DNA of 64,000 bases, taken from an uncultured Alphaproteobacteria bacterium (GTDB taxonomy: Bacteria; Pseudomonadota; Alphaproteobacteria; Rhizobiales; Hyphomicrobiaceae). Location of the stretch: NCBI GenBank assembly GCA_963741565.1, contig CAVUIK010000014.1, positions 10,550 through 74,549 of the forward strand, written 5' to 3'. The notes under the pieces were generated by a model. It did not search any database and was not told where the DNA came from. It worked only from the letters and a program-made list of their open reading frames with translations. Both the position numbers and the translations under genes were made by a program. This document shows, one piece after another, positions 25,931-35,391 of this stretch; position 1 is the first letter of the stretch; each line of letters opens with the position of its first letter.

Positions 25931-26767
25931 ATCCGAAGGAGCACAGCTCATGGTGCCGGCGGGAAAGCTCGCCCCGGCAACTCGCCCTTCGACCTCTGGA
26001 TCGAGGGCAAGTACGGCAGCTTCCGCGACGACCGGTTCGACATCGGCCACAAAGGCCACTTCGGCCTGCTGACGGTCGGCGCCGACATCGTGCTCAATCG
26101 CTCGCTGCTGGTCGGCACGTTCGTCCAGCTCAACTCCATGCTCCAGCATTCCGGCACCGACAGCAGCCTCGCCGAAGGTACCGGCTGGATGGTCGGGCCC
26201 TAAACGACGGTTCGCCTTGACAAGAACCTCTTCCGGCAGGTCCGGGCCGGTTGGGGCCGCTCGAACAACGAGATCAGCCCAGTGCTCAACTACACCGACA
26301 AATTCGAGACCTCGCGCAGGCGCGCGGCCGCCTCGCTCACCGGCGGCCACCACTAAGGCGATCTCAAGGTTCAGCCGCGCATCTCGGCCACCCACTTCGA
26401 GGATCGGTCCGAGAGCTGTGTCGACAGTCTCGGGTTGAACATACCCTCGGTGGCGACCCGGTTTGGGTAGATCAACGCCGGTCCGCAGATCGCCAGGGTG
26501 TTCGAGGCGTCGGGCGTTATCGTCGAGCCGCCGTTCGCAGCGAACCTGATCTGGAACTTCGCCTCTGAGGCCTCGGGCGGCGGTATAGCCGGGCTCGATG
26601 GTCTGGGCTCGGGTCCGGAAGGCGTGCGAGGGCAGATCGAGTTCGGGATGAGGACGCAGGCGCCGTCCGGCAACTCGCTCGACCTCGGGGTCAGCTACGA
26701 CGGTATCGGCGCCAACGACTACAATTCGGTCACCGGGCGCGCCGGCGTGAGGTTCCCGCTGAATTGA
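25931..26767 (+). pseudogene. C-terminal autotransporter-type beta-barrel domain, headless and carrying three in-frame stop codons
   Basis: A single frame reads ...SPFDLWIEGKYGSFRDD...GLLTVGADIVLNRSLLVGTF...GWMVGP-TAA(26201)-TTVRL...TGGHH-TAA(26354)-GDLKVQP...TRFG-TAG(26468)-INAGPQI...NLIWNFAS...GVSYDGIGANDYNSVTGRAGVRFPLN. Confidence 0.6.
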
Positions 26768-27138
26768 GGCAATCGCCCAGACCCGGGTTCAGGTTATTGC
26801 AGCACGGGGGCACTCCAAAGGCTCCCGCGCTCATCGTTAAGCCGTCCTGCCAGATCTCCGGCTGCGGGCATGGGCGAGCCTGCGCCAGGCACCTGCCACG
26901 CGCGGATCCAGTTCCGGAGCACATTTTCGAGACTGGGCCGATCCACGCCTCACGCTGCAACAGAAACATGTCAGGCGGCAACCTCGCGCAACACTCAAAT
27001 TAGGATGTTGCGCGATTCGGAACGAAGGCGGTCGCGGATGCGAAGCTGCCGTGCGGGAGACTCGATTTCCTCCGACCCCAGGAATGGAGCCGCAAGAGCG
27101 GTTGGCCCTCGCGACGCCTATGGCTCGGCTCAACAGGT

Positions 27139-27402
27139 CTATTGCTTGTGGCCCTTCCCGCTGCCCGTGGCATCGAGGGCGGTCTTGCAGGCGGCTGTCA
27201 CGTCTGCCCTCTTGACCTCAAGGCAGCCGCGGACCTCGCCGTCGTTCGACTTGCCAGCGCAGAATTTGGCGATGTCATCTTCGCGCTGAGTTATGACTGG
27301 ACCTTGGCCGGTCCCCTTGCCCGGTTGTTGAGCATAGCTCAAGCCAACGGCCACAAGCACTAAGCACGAGGCGACTGCCAACATTGCGATCGGTTTCTTC
27401 AT
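27139..27402 (-). CDS. small secreted cysteine-rich-repeat protein
   Basis: ATG 27402 after GGAGAGTGAG. Signal peptide MKKPIAMLAVASCLVLVAVGLSYA. The mature part has DIAKFCAGKS..GEVRGCLEVKRADVTAACKTAL. Confidence 0.65.
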   Translation of the reverse strand: MKKPIAMLAVASCLVLVAVGLSYAQQPGKGTGQGPVITQREDDIAKFCAGKSNDGEVRGCLEVKRADVTAACKTALDATGSGKGHKQ

Positions 27403-27534
27403 CTCACTCTCCTTATATCTGTACCAGGCGCGTCGATGCGTCCGCGGCTGAACGTGCCCCCAACGCGAGATGTTACGATCAGTAGGCGCCGAAACAATAA
27501 TTGTTCTCGCGCGTTGTCGGTGCACAGCAACGGG

Positions 27535-27548
27535 TTGACGCGCCTCAA
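27535..27548. promoter_or_regulatory. near-consensus FixK/FNR-type box TTGACGCGCCTCAA (13/14)
   Basis: Read directly from the sequence. Its centre is about 81 nt upstream of the FNT-channel ATG 27623. A 6-bp-arm palindrome AACAAT-A-ATTGTT lies at 27493-27505. Confidence 0.4.
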
Positions 27549-27622
27549 AGCCGACCCCGATGCGGTCGCTCCTAATCCAGGGATGACGAGCGCCGACAAC
27601 TTGTGGCGCGAAAGGGTTGCGA

Positions 27623-28498
27623 ATGTCGAGAGACGACGAGCATGCGGGAAATCACGGTACCGATGCGCTGTTGCCAGCTGAGATCGCACGCAAGGCCGAG
27701 CAGCTTGGCGCCCAAAAAGTGCGCGTCGATACAGTGACGTTGCTCACGCTTTCTGTGCTTGCCGGTGCCTTCATTGCGCTTGGCGCCATGTTCGCGACGA
27801 CGGTCCTGGCCGGGTCGGCTGGTGTGGTCCCCTACGGTATCAGCCGGCTGCTTGCCGGTATCGCGTTCTCCCTCGGGCTGATCCTGGTGGTCGTGGGCGG
27901 AGCTGAACTCTTTACCGGCAACACCTTGATGGTGATGGCGTGGGCCGCGGGCAAGGTCCGCCTCGCCGAGATGCTGCGCGCCTGGACGATCATCTACATC
28001 GGGAACTTCATCGGAGCATTCGGAACGGCCATCCTCGTCTTTCTCTCAGGACAACCGCTCAATGCCAATGGCTCGATCTCGAAGGTGATCATGCAACTTG
28101 CGACGGAGAAGGCCACGCTGGCGATAGATCATGCCTTTTTCCTTGGCATTCTCTGCAATGTGCTTGTCTGCCTCGCGGTGTGGCTCGCGATGGGCGCCCG
28201 CACGACCAGCGACAAAGTACTCGCGGTACTGTTCCCAGTGTCGGCCTTCGTCGTTGCGGGCTTTGAGCACTCAGTCGCCGACATGCTTCTGATTCCGCTC
28301 GGGCTCCTCCTGAAAGCCTTTGCGCCAGCCATGCTCTGGTCGGAGGCTGGCATCATGCTTTCTGACCATTCTGGTCTGACTTGGCCGGCATTTCTTCTAA
28401 GCCTCATCCCGGTGACACTCGGCAACATCATCGGCGGCGGCGTTCTCGTTGGCGGCGTCTATTGGTTCGTTTACCTCCGCCAGCCGCAGCAGCATTGA
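27623..28498 (+). CDS. formate/nitrite transporter family channel (FocA/NirC-like)
   Basis: The ORF starts at TTG 27617; ATG 27623 is the likely start. FNT signatures AELFTGN and GFEHSVADM, with six or more hydrophobic segments. Confidence 0.85.
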   Translation: MSRDDEHAGNHGTDALLPAEIARKAEQLGAQKVRVDTVTLLTLSVLAGAFIALGAMFATTVLAGSAGVVPYGISRLLAGIAFSLGLILVVVGGAELFTGNTLMVMAWAAGKVRLAEMLRAWTIIYIGNFIGAFGTAILVFLSGQPLNANGSISKVIMQLATEKATLAIDHAFFLGILCNVLVCLAVWLAMGARTTSDKVLAVLFPVSAFVVAGFEHSVADMLLIPLGLLLKAFAPAMLWSEAGIMLSDHSGLTWPAFLLSLIPVTLGNIIGGGVLVGGVYWFVYLRQPQQH

Positions 28499-28499
28499 T

Positions 28500-29070
28500 C
28501 TATGCCGCGTCACGGCCCATGGCCTCCGCCTCGGCGAGCCACTGGGCCCGCGTCTCGTCGCTGGCGGTCCCGATCATTCCGTGAATGGTCGATCGGATTG
28601 ATCCGACACCGACGAACTTGAGAATGTTGCGCTTTAGCATTTTCAGTGCGTGGGCTCCATCGTGCCACGATAGATCGAGCCTGGCATACCCATCGTGAGA
28701 ATGATCCGTGCCGACTTGCCCTTAAGCGGCTTGCCGAAGGTTCCTGCTCGATCCAATTCGATGAGGTCAGGCTGCAAAACACGTTCGATAAACCCCTTGA
28801 AGATCGCTGGAAGCGTACCGATCCAAAGTGGGAAAACCAGGACGAATGATTTGCTCCACGGATAGCATCCCAGGCGCGTTGCGGATCGGGCTCGAGCGGC
28901 TGCAGTTTGGCGTAACCTTCATGCAGAATGGGGTCGGATGCCATGTCGGCAATCACAAAGAGCTCCGCCTCGTGCCCTCCCGCCTTGGCGCCTCGCATAT
29001 AGGCCTTACCGAGAGCCTCGCAGTAAGTCCCCCTACGGGAGTGGCCGACGATGATTGCAATTTTTGACAT
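28500..29070 (-). pseudogene. NAD(P)H dehydrogenase (quinone)/flavodoxin-like-fold protein with two 1-nt frameshifts
   Basis: Frame 1 reads MSKIAIIVGHSRRGTYCEALG...AIRGANH. Frame 2 reads VLVFPLWIGTLPAIFKGFIERVLQP...GKSARIILTMGMPGSIYR. Frame 3 reads HDGAHALKMLKRNILKFVGVGSIRST...EAEAMGRDAA. The shifts are near 28845 and 28667, both in T/A dinucleotide runs. Confidence 0.7.
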
Positions 29071-29128
29071 TTGATTAAACCCTGATGGCGGCGAATTGCG
29101 TACTTGCCTGGTAAAGCGACGGTCGCGA

Positions 29129-31380
29129 CTACCACCACGCCGCGTGCTCGTAAATCACCTCTTCCTGCGCGATGTAAATCCGGACAAGCGCCTCAATCGA
29201 TTCGATCGTCCTGGACGTCACGGATGAGATAGCGGTCTGCATCGCCAACATCCAGTCCATCCGCGCTACGTGCAAGCAACCGGCCGAGATGAAGGATCTC
29301 CCGATGCGCCCGGCTAATCGCCGCGAGACCATGACCGTGGGCTAGATGCGGGACCAGGCGTGGGTAAACGGTGCGTTCGTCGTCGCGCTCATGTTCCATT
29401 ATAGTCTGTTCGACGATGCGGTGCGCCTCCGCGATCAGGGATAGCGCTGCAACTGATGGCATCGTCAAGTGCATCGGCGATGGCGCGCAGGCGGTCCAGA
29501 CCGACGAACAGCGGCTCGTGGTCGTGCTGAAGGCTCAATGCCGTTGCCGCCGGTATACCCGCGGCGCTTCCCGTCGTGGCGCCAACGCCCGCAGTGCATT
29601 GAGGATGACCGCAATATCGATGCCCTCCTGCACGAGGGCACCCGCAACCGGTGTCAACCAGCCGACGGCTGCTGCTGCCATGGCAACGCCCCAGAGCGCC
29701 ATACCCGCAACAATGCTCTGCAGGGCAATCGCGCGCGTGCGCTGCGCGATGACCAGGGCCTCAGGAACTCGGTCGAGCCGGTCGACCAGGGTCGCGATGT
29801 CAGCTGCCTCTGACGAGGCTGACGCGCCGCGTGAACCCGTCGCAATCCCGACGTCAGCAGCGGCCAGCGCCGGAGCATCGTTGATGCCGTCGCCGACCAT
29901 CACCGTCGGATGGCGTCGTTGCTCTACGCTACCGCTCGACTTGTCAGAGGGGGAACGGTCGGCAAGCACGGTATCGAGATCGAGCGCGGCGCCGATCGTC
30001 TCGGCCGCGTCGGCGCGATCCCCCTTCACGACGACGATGCGTTTGATACCCGCCGTTCGGAGCGCGGCGATCGCCTGCAGCGTGTCTCGGCGCAGCTCAT
30101 CGGCAAGCACCAGCGCGCCAACGGGCCAGCCGTCCGCCGCAATCAATACGCTCAATGCGGAGCGCCAAGAAGCTCGGCGCAGCACGCGACGGCTCCAAGC
30201 GTCGGGCTGCGTCGCCCCAAACACGTAGGCGTGCGAACCAACGCGGACGACACTGGATCCATTTGTCCTTCGAGGCCGGAGCCGACCGCCTCCGTCACGC
30301 GCGACGGAATTGTAAGCGGCAACCCTCGCGCAGCGCCAGCTGATACGATGGCTGAAGCCACCACATGCAGCGAGGCCTGTTCAAGCGAGGCAGCAAGCCG
30401 CAGTACTTCATTTGCGTCGCAGCCCGGCGCAAGCTCGATCGCGATAGACGCCCCCACCGACCGTGAGCGTACCGGTCTTGTCGAATAGCAGCATGGGCCC
30501 TGGCCAGGATCTCCATGGCGCCGCTGCCTTTAACGGGGATGCCGCGTCGTGCCGCCTGCGCAATCCCCGAGATGAAGGCCACAGGCGCGGCAAAATCAGC
30601 GGACAAGGGGTCGCTGCGACCAGCACAGCCAAGCCACGAATGGCATCGCCCGAGATCAGCCATGCTGCTGCGGCGACGATCAGCGTTACTGGAAGAAGCA
30701 GCAGGGCATAGCGATCGGCAAGCCGCATAAATGGTGCTTTGGCCGCTGAGCTGCCGTCACGAGGCGCACGATGCCGGCGTAGGTGCTATCGCCTGCGCGG
30801 GCCGTCGCACTCAACTGAAAAGACTCCCCGGCATTGACCGTGCCGCTGCGGATGAGTTCGCCCTGCTGGCGCGTCACTGGCATGGGTTCGCCGGTGAGCG
30901 CTGCCTCGTCCAGGACGGCCGTTGCGCTGAGCACCACGCCATCGACAGGGATCACCTCGCCGGACCACACGACCATTCGATCCCCGATGGTTAAATCCTC
31001 GATCGCGAGGTCAGAGATCGTACCATGCAACATGCGATGTGCAGTCCGGGGCGCACGGTCGATCAGCGAGCGCAAATCGCGCTCTGCGCGGGCCACGGCA
31101 AAGTCTTCGAGCACCGTGCCACCCGCATACATGAGGGCCACGACGCACCCGCGAGCGGTTCACGAAGGATGAGCGCTGCGGTCATCGACACGAACGCGAT
31201 GGCATCTACGCCGGCCCGGCCCGCCAACAGATCGCGCGTCATCGAGATAGCCAGCATAAGTGCGACCGGCGCGGTCCCGGCAGACCAAATCCGCAGTGCG
31301 AGCCCCGACCGCCCCCATACGCTTGCTAACAGTCCGATGCCGAGGCCAGCGAGCGTGATGGCCAGCAGAGAAATATGCAC
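29129..31380 (-). pseudogene. P1B-5-type heavy-metal P-type ATPase (TPCP motif) with a C-terminal hemerythrin-like domain, broken by about nine frame disruptions
   Basis: Consecutive homologous segments lie in alternating frames: TM region (31380), TGEP actuator domain (31141), ADRYALLLLP...ATPCPLIL (30728), AAPVAFISGIAQAARRG (frame of 30663), FDKTGTLT, IELAPG...LEQASLH (30457), GDGINDAPAL (30224), then the HHE-type segments LSLQHDHEPLF / MEHERDDERTVYP / IAQEEVIYEH (29600-29129). Confidence 0.7.
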
Positions 31381-31487
31381 GTGGCGCTCGTCAAAGCACT
31401 GCCAAATGGCGGTTCTCGCAGTGACCTTGAATTGGCGTGAGGCCCCGCCGGCGGAGGCGCGGATCGCGCCGCGTCAGGCGCCTCATC

Positions 31488-31982
31488 CTAGCCAACACCG
31501 CCGCCGCCAACTTCCACCACCTGGCGGCTGAGCAACACAGAGACGCCGAGATCGATGACCACGTCGAGCAGCATTGTGTAGGCCGTCACCCAGGCAGTCC
31601 GGGCTTGGAATGGCGACAAGGTCACATAGCCGCTCATATGCTGCAGGATGACGTAGAAGATGAGGAACAGGGGAACGATCGACGTCAGCGCATCGATCCA
31701 CATCTGGTTCTTCGTCCCGGCGCCAACCAAGATGAGGCTACCCATCTGTATCCAGATATAGGTGAGAAGGATCCAGGTCACGGCAAAATCGGATTGCACC
31801 TGCCATGTCTCTGGCGGCGTCCACCCGGCGCCGGCAATGAAGAAAAGGCCGACCGCCAAAGCCATCAAAAGTGAGGAGGATATGCTTATGGCGTATCCCT
31901 TCGCGTGCCAGCGGCGCTTTGGCACCGGATGTTCGGCGGCGATAACGCCCGCAACGCGCGATGCGGCTGTCGACTGCAGCAT
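31488..31982 (-). CDS. hypothetical integral membrane protein (about 4 TM segments)
   Basis: Intact 164-aa ORF with hydrophobic segments (LLMALAVGLFFIAG, WILLTYIWIQMGSLILVGAG, IVPLFLIFYVIL, MLLDVVIDLGVSVLL). Directly upstream of the ATPase pseudogene and preceded by a perfect FixK-type box. The start is uncertain. Confidence 0.5.
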   Translation of the reverse strand: MLQSTAASRVAGVIAAEHPVPKRRWHAKGYAISISSSLLMALAVGLFFIAGAGWTPPETWQVQSDFAVTWILLTYIWIQMGSLILVGAGTKNQMWIDALTSIVPLFLIFYVILQHMSGYVTLSPFQARTAWVTAYTMLLDVVIDLGVSVLLSRQVVEVGGGGVG

Positions 31983-32063
31983 TCTGACCTCCCACGAGTT
32001 CTATACAGACGCGCAATTCCGCGACGCTCTATTTCAAGAATTCAGACGACGCGACTGGCGACC

Positions 32064-32077
32064 TTGACCGATATCAA
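32064..32077. promoter_or_regulatory. perfect FixK/FNR-type box TTGACCGATATCAA
   Basis: Read directly from the sequence. Its centre is 88 nt upstream of gene start 31982 (minus strand), consistent with a class-II (-41.5) promoter. Confidence 0.6.
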
Positions 32078-32089
32078 GCGGGGCAAAGG

Positions 32090-33178
32090 TCAATTGGGTG
32101 CCGATCCCAGATGTGACGTTGGAGCTACCGCGCCCGGAAGCAAGCCATGCCGGAGTTCGTCCGCCCGCCGCGCCGAGGCCGACCATTCAGCTATCCGGAC
32201 GTAATTGTCGGTGAACCAGTTGAGCGCACCGAGTACAATCGTAAAAGCTGCGGCAAGTTGCATGATCGCGCCAAGCGATAGCTCGCCGCTTAGGTACTTC
32301 GGGGACGCCAAGAGCAAGGGCAGGATCGGCGAGAAGAACGAATGTGAGTTGGTCAGCCATGTCAGCCGGCAATATTCTCGAATGACACGATGCCATCGAC
32401 GGGTCACTTTGGCGAATGCTGCCGCTGCAGGCTCGAACGCATCAGCGTCACTGCTCTCACGAGCCTTGAGAGCGCGGCCTTCTACTTCGCGCGTCAATTC
32501 GAACAGGAACTGTGCTTCGGACTCGTTTTTCTCCGCGACGCAACGAATCAAGGGTTGCCCAACGAGGTGCATCACCAGCGACAGAACGGCAGCGTACGCG
32601 ACTGCCGCCATTGCGAGATAGGCTGGGATCGTCAATCGAAATGATGCGAGCTCGAGTGTCATCGATCCACCGACAACAATCAGAATGCCGACGAACGTCC
32701 CTCCAAGTATTGCCGCGTTTGCAAAGCCAATCCCTAAGTCGACAACTGGATCAAGTGCCAACCGGACATCCTCTGCTAGGCGAAACGCCGGGCTTCCGTG
32801 GTTTTCGTTGGCAACGTGGAGCTGTCCGGTTCTTGATCGCGCGATCCACATGTCGATCAATTTGATGGTGACCACGCGTCTCAGTTCAAGCTGTAGCGTC
32901 ATACGGCACCACATCATCGACACGGCAAACGCGGCTCCGGAAACGATCAGACCAGAAAGAGCAACGATAGCGCCAAAGAGCTTGCCAGCCTCCCGCTGCT
33001 CAAGCATGTCAAAGAACCAGCGATGCCAATGATTAAATCCGATATTGACCGCGAGGTTGAGGACCAGGAGCCCGACCACTCCGCCCACCAGTGCTCTTGC
33101 GGTAGCAGCGCTCGACTTCGAGACGCTATCCCAGGCAAAGAACAGGAATCCCAATGCCGTGCCGCGTGGAGGCAACAC
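32090..33178 (-). CDS. SbmA/BacA-like inner-membrane transporter (ABC-type transmembrane domain without ATPase domain)
   Basis: 362 aa. The pattern WRWFFDMLEQRE...FRLAEDVRLALDPVVDL...TWLTNSHSFFSPILPLLLASPKY is typical of the SbmA_BacA / YddA TMD family. There is no Walker motif. Confidence 0.65.
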   Translation of the reverse strand: MLPPRGTALGFLFFAWDSVSKSSAATARALVGGVVGLLVLNLAVNIGFNHWHRWFFDMLEQREAGKLFGAIVALSGLIVSGAAFAVSMMWCRMTLQLELRRVVTIKLIDMWIARSRTGQLHVANENHGSPAFRLAEDVRLALDPVVDLGIGFANAAILGGTFVGILIVVGGSMTLELASFRLTIPAYLAMAAVAYAAVLSLVMHLVGQPLIRCVAEKNESEAQFLFELTREVEGRALKARESSDADAFEPAAAAFAKVTRRWHRVIREYCRLTWLTNSHSFFSPILPLLLASPKYLSGELSLGAIMQLAAAFTIVLGALNWFTDNYVRIAEWSASARRADELRHGLLPGAVAPTSHLGSAPN

Positions 33179-33379
33179 TGCGTGGCCAATTCCACTTGGC
33201 TCAGATGCGTTCTTCAGGGTGATCCCCTATTTGTCCTCTGCACAATTGTTATGCGTGAACCCAAAGCCGACACTCGCAATTGATATGTGTCATTGAAGTG
33301 AGAGCGCCCAACCGGGAGCGTAGCTGACGTCGCGCATCGTCCGGACCGCTACGCGCGCCGCAGCCGGAGGCCTATTTCC

Positions 33380-34660
33380 GTGAGTAGAACCATGCAAGAA
33401 AAAGCGCGCGTCGACCTGGAACAGATCATCGGTGCGGGCACGTCTTCGGCGCCGAGTTGGACGCAACGTCGGGACGTCAAATGGACCGCAGTGGCGGTGT
33501 TAGGGCTCTTGCTGGTGGGGCTAGCATCGTCGTTCAGCAGCAAGTCCGGGGCTGTCCGTTACCTCACTGAGCCCGCGAGCCGCGGAAGTTTGGTTGTCGT
33601 CGTAACCGCGACTGGCTCGGTGCAACCAATCAACAAGGTGGATGTCTCCAGTGAACTCTCCGGAACCGTCCGCAAGGTTCTGGTGGATTACAACTCACCT
33701 GTGGTTTTGGGGCAGACGCTCGCGGAGCTCGATGCCGATAAGTTGAAAGCGACCGCCGATAGTTCCCGCGCGAAAGTCGCTGCGGCATTGGCTAAGGTGG
33801 CGGACGCCAATGTGACGATCGTAGAAAAGCAACGTGAACTGGTCCGGAAGAAGTCGCTTTCGGCCAAGCAGTACTCTTCAACCCACGATCTCGACGTTGC
33901 GCAAGCGGCTTACGATCGCGCAGTTGCGGCGGCAGGAAGCGCACGCGCCGACATGGGCGTCGCTGAAGCTGAGTTGAAACTCAGTGAGACAAATCTTGCC
34001 AAGGCCATCATTGCGTCGCCAATCAATGGCGTGGTCTTGAAGCGCAATGTCGACCCGGGCCAGACTGTGGCCTCATCGTTTCAGGCCCCTGTCCTGTTCT
34101 CGATAGCGGAAAACCTGAAGCAGATGGAGCTGCAGGTCGACGTCGACGAAGCCGATGTCGGCAAAGTCAGAGCTGGGCAGAACGCCAGCTTCGGCGTCGA
34201 TGCGTTTCCGGACCGAAAATTCCCAGCAAGCATTCGCGACGTACGTTTCGCATCCGAGACCATCCAAGGCGTTGTCACGTACAAGGCCGTGCTGAGCGTC
34301 GACAACTCCGAGCTGTTGCTGCGGCCGGGTATGACTGCGACGGCAGAGATCAGGGTGACGGAGCTCACAAATGCGTTGTTGGTCCCGAATGCGGCGTTGC
34401 GCTACAGGCCATCGGTGGGCGACACCACGGACAACCGGAGTTTTCTGCGTCGGTTGCTGCCAGGTCCGCCCCAGTTCCGACCGGCAAGTCCGAATGAGGA
34501 AACGGGCCCGCACCGTACGGTGTGGAAGCTGCAAAATGGCGTCCCAGTGCCGGTGAAGGTGACGATTGGCATGAGCGACGGCAAGCGCACGCAAATCCTG
34601 GGCGAAGACGTGCCAACAGGCGAGGCATTGATTGTCGACCAAGCCGCCGCCAAGCTGTGA
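33380..34660 (+). CDS. HlyD-family periplasmic adaptor (MacA-like)
   Basis: 426 aa with an N-terminal TM anchor, a coiled-coil hairpin, and the barrel motifs ASPINGVVLKRNVDPGQTV and LLRPGMTATAEI. Confidence 0.85.
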   Translation: MSRTMQEKARVDLEQIIGAGTSSAPSWTQRRDVKWTAVAVLGLLLVGLASSFSSKSGAVRYLTEPASRGSLVVVVTATGSVQPINKVDVSSELSGTVRKVLVDYNSPVVLGQTLAELDADKLKATADSSRAKVAAALAKVADANVTIVEKQRELVRKKSLSAKQYSSTHDLDVAQAAYDRAVAAAGSARADMGVAEAELKLSETNLAKAIIASPINGVVLKRNVDPGQTVASSFQAPVLFSIAENLKQMELQVDVDEADVGKVRAGQNASFGVDAFPDRKFPASIRDVRFASETIQGVVTYKAVLSVDNSELLLRPGMTATAEIRVTELTNALLVPNAALRYRPSVGDTTDNRSFLRRLLPGPPQFRPASPNEETGPHRTVWKLQNGVPVPVKVTIGMSDGKRTQILGEDVPTGEALIVDQAAAKL

Positions 34661-34674
34661 AGGGCCACTTTGCT

Positions 34675-35391
34675 GTGAAAGATGCCAACGTCACGCCTCC
34701 TCTGATCGAATTCCAGGCCGTCACTAAGACGTACGGAAGTGGAGCCGCAACCGTGCACGCGCTCGATGGTGTCGATCTGACAATCGAGGAGGGGGAGTTC
34801 GTGGCTATCATGGGTCCATCGGGTTCCGGCAAGTCGACGGCCATGAATATCATCGGTTGCCTCGATACGCCGACCACAGGCGAGTACCGCTTCAACGGCG
34901 TCGACATCGGCCGCCTCGCGCGCAATCAGCGCGCATTGATCCGCCGCCATTTTCTCGGCTTCGTCTTCCAGGGATTTAATCTACTGTCGAGGACGACAGC
35001 CGCGGAGAATGTCGAGCTGCCGCTGATCTATCGGGGCTTGCCGGTCGCTGAACGGCGACAGCTTGCAGCCCGCGCGCTCGAGCGGGTTGGCCTTTCTGGA
35101 CGCGAGAGCCACACAGCATCAGCGCTTTCCGGCGGCCAACAGCAGCGGGTCGCGATTGCGCGGGCAATTGTCACCGATCCCGGAGTTCTCCTCGCTGACG
35201 AGCCGACTGGAAACCTCGATACCAAGACCAGTCGGGAGATTATGGACCTGGTACAGAGCCTAAATCGAGATCAGCGAATGACGATCGTAATGGTTACTCA
35301 CGAGACGGACATTGCCGCCTATGCACGACGGAACATTCGGTTCGTCGATGGACGGATTGAAAGCGATACCCACAACAAGCAGGTGGCGTGA
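34675..35391 (+). CDS. ABC transporter ATP-binding protein (MacB/LolD type, separate polypeptide)
   Basis: GTG 34675 lies 15 nt after the adaptor stop. Walker [10 protein letters not shown], signature LSGGQQQRV, Walker B LLADEPT. Confidence 0.85.
   Translation: MKDANVTPPLIEFQAVTKTYGSGAATVHALDGVDLTIEEGEFVAIMGPSGSGKSTAMNIIGCLDTPTTGEYRFNGVDIGRLARNQRALIRRHFLGFVFQGFNLLSRTTAAENVELPLIYRGLPVAERRQLAARALERVGLSGRESHTASALSGGQQQRVAIARAIVTDPGVLLADEPTGNLDTKTSREIMDLVQSLNRDQRMTIVMVTHETDIAAYARRNIRFVDGRIESDTHNKQVA

Noticed and set aside
26201-26470. The idea that the three in-frame stops in the autotransporter fragment reflect programmed read-through or recoding.
   Set aside because: The fragment has no start codon, no passenger domain and no promoter context, and it abuts an IS element. 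Two different stop codons are involved. Ordinary pseudogene decay is far more likely.
26984-27015. Perfect 10-bp inverted repeat TCGCGCAACA-N12-TGTTGCGCGA, considered as a terminator for the autotransporter remnant or the Cys-rich gene.
   Set aside because: There is no flanking T/A tract on either strand, and it is about 125 nt or more from either stop codon. The repeat is real, but no function is supportable.
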